A DNA stretch of 64,000 nt from Acidobacteriota bacterium (GTDB taxonomy: Bacteria > Acidobacteriota > CAIWXX01): NCBI GenBank assembly GCA_040755995.1, contig JBFMAF010000040.1:64001-128000 (forward strand). The letters run 5' to 3'. Each line of letters opens with the position of its first letter. The stretch's first letter is position 1. The translations under genes and the position numbers were made by a program. Shown piece by piece: positions 57,206 through 64,000 of this stretch. The notes beneath the pieces were generated by a model. It saw only the letters and a list, made by a program, of their open reading frames with translations, was not told where the DNA came from and searched no databases.

Positions 57206-58369
57206 ATGGGCAGTCCGAACCGGGAGAGCGGGGTTGTGCGAGCTGGGGGTGCGTTCTCGGTGCACGCGAGCGTTGAAGAAGTGAAGCACACTCTCCATCG
57301 CGAGCAGGAGACGCTGCACGCCCAAACGACCGCAGCCGGCCGCAGTGGCCGACGTGCGGGCGATGATCGTGGACCCGCGCATGGCGTTCCGCGGCGCGCC
57401 TTCTTCCAGGCGTGCGGGGCTGTGCTGGCGAGCGTCGCGTGCGGCAGCGGATCGGATCAGCCACGTCCGGTGATCGATCGCTCGACGAAGCCAACCCCGC
57501 GCGTTGTCGTCGCGCGCGACCCGAACGCGGTCGATACGGATCTCATGCCACGCCCCGCCGCATTGAAGGCACTGCTCGAATCGGGCGTTCGCAAGGTGAC
57601 AGGCGCCCCTGATATGGTCTCGGCCTTCCGCGAGCTTTTCAAGTCAGATGACCGCGTGGGCATCAAGGTCAACTGCCTCGCAGGCCGCCGGCTTTCCTCT
57701 CACACAGGCCTCGTGGTGCTTCTCACGGACGCGCTGCGCGCCGCCGGCATTCGGGATCGCCAGATCCTCATCTGGGACCGGTCTGACAGCGATCTGCAGA
57801 GAGCCGGGTTCGATCTGAACCGCTCGGGCGACGGCCCGTTCTGCTTCGGCACGAACGCCGATTACGAGGCCGAGCCGACCACTGTTGGCTCTGTCGCGGG
57901 CTGCTTCAGCAGAATTCTCACTGAATACTGTACGGCCCTGATATCCGTGCCTGTCCTGAAGGACCACGATCTGGCCGGTGTCAGCGGTACGCTGAAGAAC
58001 TTCTACGGCGCGATCCACAACCCCAACAAGTACCACGATTCGAATTGCGATCCCTACATTGCCGATCTCAACACGCATCCTGCGATTCAAGGCAAGCTCC
58101 GTCTCGTCGTTTGCGACGCGCTCGTCGGGCAGTGCCACGGCGGGCCGGCGTTCAATGCCCCCTATGCATGGCCCTTCGGCGGGCTACTGGTCTCTACGGA
58201 CCCCGTCGCGGTCGACAGGATCGCATGGAAGACGATCGAGGAAAGGCGGAGGGAGAAGGGGCTGCCGAGCCTGGCTGACGCGAAGCGGGCTCCCACGTGG
58301 ATCGCCTCTGCGGAGCGCCTGGGACTCGGCACCTCCGAGATGTCGCGAATCGAGGAGGTGCTCGTATGA
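57206..58369 (+). CDS. DUF362 domain protein with twin-arginine-type signal (possible Tat lipoprotein)
   Basis: PRRAFFQACGAVLASVAC; VGIKVNC, LISVPVLKDH..AGVSGTLKNFYG, DPVAVD. Start uncertain. Confidence 0.85.
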   Translation: MGSPNRESGVVRAGGAFSVHASVEEVKHTLHREQETLHAQTTAAGRSGRRAGDDRGPAHGVPRRAFFQACGAVLASVACGSGSDQPRPVIDRSTKPTPRVVVARDPNAVDTDLMPRPAALKALLESGVRKVTGAPDMVSAFRELFKSDDRVGIKVNCLAGRRLSSHTGLVVLLTDALRAAGIRDRQILIWDRSDSDLQRAGFDLNRSGDGPFCFGTNADYEAEPTTVGSVAGCFSRILTEYCTALISVPVLKDHDLAGVSGTLKNFYGAIHNPNKYHDSNCDPYIADLNTHPAIQGKLRLVVCDALVGQCHGGPAFNAPYAWPFGGLLVSTDPVAVDRIAWKTIEERRREKGLPSLADAKRAPTWIASAERLGLGTSEMSRIEEVLV

Positions 58370-59520
58370 GCGAGAGACTGGGCCGCCGTGAGTTCTTCTG
58401 GGACTGTGCGCGTGCGGCGGGCACGATGGGAATCGTCTCCGAAATGGGGGCCCGGCGAGCGGCCGCCGAGGATGTGTCGCCCGGACCGGTGTCGGGTGAA
58501 GCGTCGCTCAACCCGGTAGAAGCTCGTCACTACAAGAAGCTAGACGAGCGAAGGGTCCAGTGCGGGATCTGCCCACGAAAGTGCACGGTGGCCGATCTGG
58601 AGCGTGGAACGTGCGGCGTGCGAGAAAACAGGGGAGGTACGTATTATTTTCTGGTACACTCGCGCGCCTGTTCCGTGCACACGGACCCGGTCGAAAAGAA
58701 GCCGTTCTTTCACTTCCTTCCGGGAACCCAGGCTTTCTCCCTCGCAACCGCAGGCTGCAACATCGAGTGCAAGTTCTGCCAGAACTGGCAGATCGCCCAG
58801 TTCCGGCCTGAACAGGTGCAGAGCATCTACTTGCCGCCCGATGCCGTCCAGCGCGCAGCGCGCCAACAAGGGGCCGCAACGGTTGCTTACACGTACTCTG
58901 AGCCGGTGGTCTTCTTCGAGTATATGTACGACACCGCCGCTGCCGCTCGACAGAACGGGCTTCGGAATGTCATGATATCAAACGGCTATATCAACGAAGA
59001 TCCGCTGCGCGAGCTCCTCGGCGTCCTGGATGCGGTGAAGATCGACTTCAAGTCGTTCCGGGAGAGCTTCTACAAGGAGACGTGTAGCGGCGAGCTCAAA
59101 CCGGTCCTCGACACTCTCGTCTCCCTCAAGAAGTCCGGCAAGTGGTTCGAGCTCGTCGTGCTTGTCGTTCCCACACTCAATGACAGCGAAGCCGAGTTCC
59201 GAGACATGAGCCGCTGGATTGTCGCGAACCTGGGCAAGGACGTTCCCGTGCACTTCACCCGCTTCCATCCGGACTATCGGCTGCGGAACCTCCCGAGTAC
59301 TCCCACGACTACGCTCGAAAGAGCCCGTGAGATCGCCCGATCAGAGGGTATGCACTTTGCCTATGTTGGGAACGTGCCCGGCCATCCGTTCGAAACCACG
59401 TACTGCTTTTCCTGCACCAGGCCGCTCATACGCCGCGTCGGTTTCATGATCCTCGAGAACGCCCTTGCCAACGGCCGTTGCCCGTCCTGCAAGACCGTCA
59501 TCCCAGGCGTGTGGGCGTGA
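58366..59520 (+). CDS. amrS: AmmeMemoRadiSam system radical SAM enzyme
   Basis: CGICPRKC...GTCGVREN, DPVEKKPFFHFLPG, GCNIECKFCQNWQIAQ, YTYSEP, HFTRFHPDY, YVGNVPG, C-terminal CxxC pairs. Confidence 0.92.
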   Translation: MSERLGRREFFWDCARAAGTMGIVSEMGARRAAAEDVSPGPVSGEASLNPVEARHYKKLDERRVQCGICPRKCTVADLERGTCGVRENRGGTYYFLVHSRACSVHTDPVEKKPFFHFLPGTQAFSLATAGCNIECKFCQNWQIAQFRPEQVQSIYLPPDAVQRAARQQGAATVAYTYSEPVVFFEYMYDTAAAARQNGLRNVMISNGYINEDPLRELLGVLDAVKIDFKSFRESFYKETCSGELKPVLDTLVSLKKSGKWFELVVLVVPTLNDSEAEFRDMSRWIVANLGKDVPVHFTRFHPDYRLRNLPSTPTTTLERAREIARSEGMHFAYVGNVPGHPFETTYCFSCTRPLIRRVGFMILENALANGRCPSCKTVIPGVWA

Positions 59521-59605
59521 AGCAACGACGCGCGCAGGGCGGCATGGGTTGGGCCTGGGGCCGATGCAAGGGCAACAGCGCGAACTCCGACTCGCGCATC
59601 GCGCC

Positions 59606-62017
59606 TCAGTCCGCCGCGTTCGCAGGCATGGCGGGTGGGCGCCTGATCAGCGTCGCAAGGGAAGCGAGCTTCGCCAGAGCCACTACACAGGCGGTACCGG
59701 CGAGCCCGGTCAACGGCACGAGCACGATGCCCGTCAGGAACGCTCCGAGTAATGCGCCTACGTGGTCGGCTGCATCTATCATGCCCGAGGCCCGTCCAAT
59801 GTCCGTGGAGCGCATTGCGGCGGCTGGCTTGCCGGCGGCTGCCAGGAAGAGAGCCGAAGCTGCCGGGAATTGGGCTCCTGCCACCAGTCCCGAGAGGAGC
59901 AGGAGCAGCGGTACCGCGATGCGCGCGATCACACCAGGTCCGACGCTCGCGAACTCCCTCACCCATCCGACGATGACGAGGGAGAAAAGGGCGATGGTTG
60001 CGTCGGAGACGAGGAGAATAGTCCGTGCGTGCCGGCCCATGCGGTCGCCATACGCCGCTCGTTGCATCACGACCGCGCCTCCGGCGAGCCCCAGCATGAA
60101 GACGGCCACCAGCAACGCCACCTCGCTGTAGAGGCTGCCGAAGAGGTTCTGGAAGGTCAGAAGCAGGAGCAGGCTCCACGCCATGCTGGCGAAGCCGGTG
60201 GTAGTGATCGCAGCGATTGCCTGTGTGCGCCCCAGCCCCGGCGAGCGGCGGGACAAGGCGAACGCCGCCCATATCGAGAGGAGGCCGAAGGCCAGAGGTA
60301 GCGTCCAACGCCGTCCGCTCGTGACGAGTGCGCCAAGGGAGTAGCCGCGCCGGGCGCCCGTGAAGCGCTCCCACAGCACCAGCCCGTAGAAGTAGGTGAC
60401 GGGGTGTGAGTCCGTATTACGCGGTGCGTCACGCGGCGCCTCGAGTGTTTCTCGCTGGAAGGCGATTCTGTCGGCGGGGAGCAAGAGATCGATCTGTTCC
60501 GGGTAGAAGAAAGGCAACGAGAGGGACCGCTCCCGTAGCCGGCGCTTGAGCAGTGCGGGGTCGAGCGAAGGAGAGCCGGCGGAATCGCTGGCTATCAGGA
60601 TATTTTCCTCGCCGGGCGTGGCCAGAACGATCGCGAAGACGTCCTTGAGGGTCCAGTAGATGGACGCTGCGAAGCCGAGAGCGGCTCCCCCGAGGTAGTT
60701 CGACGCAGACGAGATGCGTGTCACGAGCACTCCGCCGGGCGCGAGCAGCCGCTTCGATTGAGCGAAGAACTCCCGCGTGTAGAACCGGTTGAGAGCCGCC
60801 GTGCTGGGGTCAGGAAAGTTGAGCAGCACGAGGTCGTACTTACCCCGGCGACTGCTCGCGAAGCGTCGCGGATCGACCGTGTAGAGCGTCACTCTGGGAT
60901 CTTCGAGCGCACGCCGGTCTTCGGGCGGCAGGAATGAATGAACCGCCCCCGGCAACCATGGGTCCGCCTCGACGACGTGGACCTGCCGTACGGGGTGCCG
61001 CAGGACCTCGCGCAGTATCCCGCAGATGCCGCCTCCGAGAAGCAGGACTTTGCGCGGCGCCGGGTGTTCGAGCATGAGCGGGTGGACGCGCGCGGCGTAG
61101 CCGTACTCGTCGGGGAACGAGGCGGCGATCTGACCGTTGGTGAAAAGACTGAAGGGGCCTCCGCCCGCGACTACAATGTTCTCATAGGGCGAATCCAACG
61201 AAAGCCGAAGAGCAAGCCCGTTCCGAAACGAGCTCCAGCGAAGAGCGACTGTCAACCGATCCAGGGCCGAAGGTAGCCCAGCGAGCAGGGAGAGAATAAT
61301 CGCTGCGCAAGCGATGCCGCCGGTTGCTGCCGCCGCTCTTCTGGTGCGCCCGCCGAGGAGGAGAGCAACGGATGCGAGCGCCATGGCGGCAAACGACGCC
61401 AACGAGGCAAAGCTCGAAACACGAGGGAGCAGCAACAGGGTAAAGACGGCGCCCCCGGCGAGGCTCCCGATGGACTCCATTGCGTAAACGGCCGTGATGG
61501 CGCGTACACCTTCGCGCGCCCCGGAGGCCGCCATGGCGGCGGCGCACGGGAATAGAAACCCGATGAGAGCAGAACAGGGAGTGACAGTGAGAATCAAAGA
61601 CAGGAACACTCTCTCGATGGGAACGAGCTCACCTGCTCCAACGCCCAGATAGAGGCGCGAGGCGCGCAGAGCGACCAGCGAGGCGGGCAGGAGGAGCAGA
61701 AGCAGGGCGAAGGCGGCTGCGAAGAGCGTAGCAATTCGATCCGCAGCACGACCAATGAGCCTGGTGCCGGTGGCGCCTGCTGCCGCCCCCACGGAGATCC
61801 CGAGGAACCACGCTGTGAGGGTGGCGGCGATCGAGAGCTCGTTGCCGAAAAACACCACAAGAGATTCGCGCAGGAACAGCGACTGAGCCAGCACCGCGAC
61901 CGCTCCCAGGGCAAACCAGCATGTATACTGAGCAATCCGCGCGCGCCGCAACCACGGCTCTTTGCCGGCAAGCAGGCGCCTGCCGGGAGGATCAGTGGAG
62001 TGAGAACCTCGGCTCAT
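59606..62017 (-). CDS. Multi-TM membrane protein fused to a spermidine-synthase-fold SAM-binding domain
   Basis: About 7 TM helices, then SPYENIVV, KVLLLGGGICG, VEADP, DPRV, NRFYTREFF, NTD..P, then about 6 TM helices. Start chosen at ATG 62017 because the upstream extension is repeat-derived. Confidence 0.88.
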   Translation of the reverse strand: MSRGSHSTDPPGRRLLAGKEPWLRRARIAQYTCWFALGAVAVLAQSLFLRESLVVFFGNELSIAATLTAWFLGISVGAAAGATGTRLIGRAADRIATLFAAAFALLLLLLPASLVALRASRLYLGVGAGELVPIERVFLSLILTVTPCSALIGFLFPCAAAMAASGAREGVRAITAVYAMESIGSLAGGAVFTLLLLPRVSSFASLASFAAMALASVALLLGGRTRRAAAATGGIACAAIILSLLAGLPSALDRLTVALRWSSFRNGLALRLSLDSPYENIVVAGGGPFSLFTNGQIAASFPDEYGYAARVHPLMLEHPAPRKVLLLGGGICGILREVLRHPVRQVHVVEADPWLPGAVHSFLPPEDRRALEDPRVTLYTVDPRRFASSRRGKYDLVLLNFPDPSTAALNRFYTREFFAQSKRLLAPGGVLVTRISSASNYLGGAALGFAASIYWTLKDVFAIVLATPGEENILIASDSAGSPSLDPALLKRRLRERSLSLPFFYPEQIDLLLPADRIAFQRETLEAPRDAPRNTDSHPVTYFYGLVLWERFTGARRGYSLGALVTSGRRWTLPLAFGLLSIWAAFALSRRSPGLGRTQAIAAITTTGFASMAWSLLLLLTFQNLFGSLYSEVALLVAVFMLGLAGGAVVMQRAAYGDRMGRHARTILLVSDATIALFSLVIVGWVREFASVGPGVIARIAVPLLLLLSGLVAGAQFPAASALFLAAAGKPAAAMRSTDIGRASGMIDAADHVGALLGAFLTGIVLVPLTGLAGTACVVALAKLASLATLIRRPPAMPANAAD

Positions 62018-62100
62018 GCATGCTGAACCAGCGCTCGCAGCTGGTTCCGTCCAGTCGCAACCGCCGGGGCACGAATCATCATTCGACCAAGACAACCAGA

Positions 62101-62195
62101 TCGGACTTTGGACTTGGGAATTCAGATTTCGGATTTGTCCCGTGCACGCAGCGTTCGGCCCGAAATCCGCAATTCGAAATCCGAGATCCGAAATG
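62101..62195. repeat. Two heptamer arrays in inverted orientation (GGAYTTn ... CGAAATC)
   Basis: ggacttt ggacttg ggaattc agatttc ggatttg, spacer, cgaaatc cgcaatt cgaaatc cgagatc cgaaat. Confidence 0.75.
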
Positions 62196-62321
62196 GGCAC
62201 AACAGACCCACGGATGCTGCGCTCGCCCACAGACAACATGTTGTCGCAAGATGCGCCCTAATGCGCCCAATATCATACGCCTCGCCGCCGCAGTCAAGTC
62301 CCGCAGAGAAACATGGCCAAT

Positions 62322-62377
62322 GGACGAGCGACACGGCCGTCGCGCGCTCTCTCTACGCGCGCTTCATCGGCGGTTGG
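62322..62377 (+). pseudogene. Remnant 3' end of a second ThiF/MoeB gene
   Basis: Encodes TSDTAVARSLYARFIGG versus TDDTAVARSLYARFIGG* at 50738-50792; differences are mostly synonymous and the stop reads TGG. Confidence 0.75.
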
Positions 62378-62594
62378 CGGCGGGGACGTTGCGGACGGAG
62401 CCACAGACAAGGATTCGGTCACGCCCGCGTCTGCGGCCACGCCCACGATTGCCAGGACGATGTCGCCGGATTGCGGCAAGTTGACACCCACGGACCGGCA
62501 CCCTATATTCCACGCAGAGGTGGCTGCGGCAAGAGGGGTGCGCGGCGCACCATATCGGGAGATACGCGGCTCGGTGATAGAAGCGGTTGGATTA

Positions 62595-63212
62595 GTGCCC
62601 ATTCCTCGGGGACGTATCGCTCGACTCGTCCTCGTCCTCGTGGCCGGCGCGTCCCTGTCGGCGGCGTGCCGTCGATCCGATGACCAATCGCGGCCGCCGA
62701 GGCCGCTGACCGAAATAGACACTGATCAGTCCCCGGTGGACAGCCAGCAGCTGGCGGCCGAGGCGAACTTCAGCGCGATCATGAACGCGATCCTGACATA
62801 CCACCGGTCGTACGAACGCTACCCGGCTTCTCTTCAGGAGCTCGTCGACGTCGGTCTCCTTCAGAGCATCCCCGAGCCGCCCCCGGACTCGGGCTGGGTG
62901 TACTACCCTGACACCGGAACCGTCGACTTCGAGCCGATCGCAGAAGTCGGCGAACAGGCTGGGCCGCCTCCACCAACACCAGGCACCTCGCGGGCTGAGG
63001 TCGACGGGCAGGATGTCGACCCGAGAGCGCGCGCAGATCTGGAGAAGCTCATGGCGGCGATTGCCGCGTTCAAGAAACAGGCGGGACGGAATCCGGCGTC
63101 GCTCGATGAGCTCGTGGAGCGCGGCATCTTGACGGGGTTACCAGCCGTCCCGGAAAACGCGGCGTACGTGTATGATCCAGCCGCGGGAACGGTCGAAATC
63201 AAACGCAGATGA
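62595..63212 (+). CDS. Lipoprotein with two copies of a pseudopilin-globular-like domain
   Basis: LVLVLVAGASLSAAC lipobox; internal repeat AILTYHRSYERYPASLQELVDVGLLQSIP...YYPDTGTV and AIAAFKKQAGRNPASLDELVERGILTGLP...YDPAAGTV. Confidence 0.7.
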   Translation: MPIPRGRIARLVLVLVAGASLSAACRRSDDQSRPPRPLTEIDTDQSPVDSQQLAAEANFSAIMNAILTYHRSYERYPASLQELVDVGLLQSIPEPPPDSGWVYYPDTGTVDFEPIAEVGEQAGPPPPTPGTSRAEVDGQDVDPRARADLEKLMAAIAAFKKQAGRNPASLDELVERGILTGLPAVPENAAYVYDPAAGTVEIKRR

Positions 63213-63256
63213 GTTGCACACGAGAACGATCACTGTCACTATCCGGAGGAATCAGA

Positions 63257-63715
63257 ATGAAGAAACTCCTGTTCGCGGCGACGATTCTCGTAGCGGGCTG
63301 CGCTGCCTGCAGCATGCTGCCAGGCGGGTCGAGCGCTACCGACACGTACAAGAAATTCGCAGAAGCCTGGGCGAAAGGCCAAGGCACCGACGCGCTCCAG
63401 TACGTCGAGGGCGACTCGGCGCGCGAGAGCGTCGAACAGATGAGCGCCCGCAATCTGATGAGTCCGGTCGGAATGGAAACCTATCACGGCTCTCGTGCCA
63501 CCATCAAGAGCGAGACCGAGTCAGCCCCCGGCGAGGTCACGATCGAAGCGGAGTTGTTGATATTCTTTGATCCCCCTGGCGCCTACTCGGGAGTGGGCGG
63601 GGCGATGTACGTTCAGTTCCGCCACGTCGTCAAGCTATCGAAGACCGGCAACGGGTGGAAGGTGATCTCATTCGAGCCCACTCTCCTGAAGATGGACGAG
63701 AGGCCGCGCGGGTAG
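63257..63715 (+). CDS. Hypothetical lipoprotein (possible NTF2-like fold)
   Basis: GGAGG RBS; MKKLLFAATILVAGCAAC; ends with LSKTGNGWKV. Confidence 0.75.
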   Translation: MKKLLFAATILVAGCAACSMLPGGSSATDTYKKFAEAWAKGQGTDALQYVEGDSARESVEQMSARNLMSPVGMETYHGSRATIKSETESAPGEVTIEAELLIFFDPPGAYSGVGGAMYVQFRHVVKLSKTGNGWKVISFEPTLLKMDERPRG

Positions 63716-64000
63716 CCAGTAGCTGGGCCGCCCGGTCGAGCTTCGCATGGCACGCCCCCGCGCGCATTGCAGGCCCTGATCGAGTCGGACGTAGGCAATG
63801 TAACGGCCGCCCCTGAGATAGTCCGCTCCGATCTGCCTCGGGCCTGCGCGAGGGCGCTTTCTACTGTTTTCTCGCTACCGTCTGCTCGACTTTGGCCCAG
63901 GAGCCGGTGCTTGTGGGCTCCATGTAGTAGGCGCACAGAGGAGCATGCGACGCCGCTCCGGCTGTCGCCCGTGGAGACCCACCGCGTCGGCCAGTCAGGG

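Noticed and set aside
62018..62594. Long N-terminal extensions of ORFs 59606-62239 and 62313-63212, and ORF 62108-62683
   Set aside because: They translate heptamer and hexamer repeats and the thiF remnant rather than conserved protein sequence.

Overview
This is a GC-rich bacterial chromosomal window. An Acidobacteriota-like origin is inferred from a relic ADOP-type permease and the many propeller, CARDB and TPR proteins. From left to right it contains: (1) a minus-strand signalling cluster (HEAT protein, degenerate HD-GYP protein, REC-DUF4388-like regulator, multi-PAS hybrid kinase, TM-GAF-PAS protein); (2) two divergent radical SAM genes, one a B12-dependent RiPP-type methyltransferase, next to a SPASM remnant; (3) a decayed accessory patch (clan AA protease, internally deleted NtrC-like gene, BrnTA toxin-antitoxin pair, PGAM5-like phosphatase, permease/hydrolase chimera); (4) a propeller sensor kinase and NarL/LuxR regulator; (5) a stand-alone 1425-aa protein fusing a BREX BrxC-like (DUF6079-type) P-loop ATPase to a C-terminal PglZ-like phosphodiesterase domain, divergent from a TPR gene, with no methyltransferase in the window; this is the best candidate for an undescribed system; (6) secreted-protein genes and a second NarL/LuxR gene sharing one promoter architecture, CCTCTATC-N4-GATAGAGG-N17-GYCGATAYT, found five times; (7) an MBOAT/SGNH O-acylation pair, a LolA-like/OM-barrel pair, alr-creatininase-gluzincin, an Rrf2-cysK-iscS-mnmA-ThiF sulfur operon, a PA-domain protease, a sulfatase-TPR protein, Tat-type DUF362 plus AmrS, a membrane-fused spermidine-synthase-fold protein with methyltransferase-like substitutions, and two lipoproteins. 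Degenerate 6-8-nt tandem repeat arrays occupy many intergenic gaps. I saw no rRNA, tRNA, CRISPR array or transposase. All family calls come from motif recognition by eye; no database searches were run.
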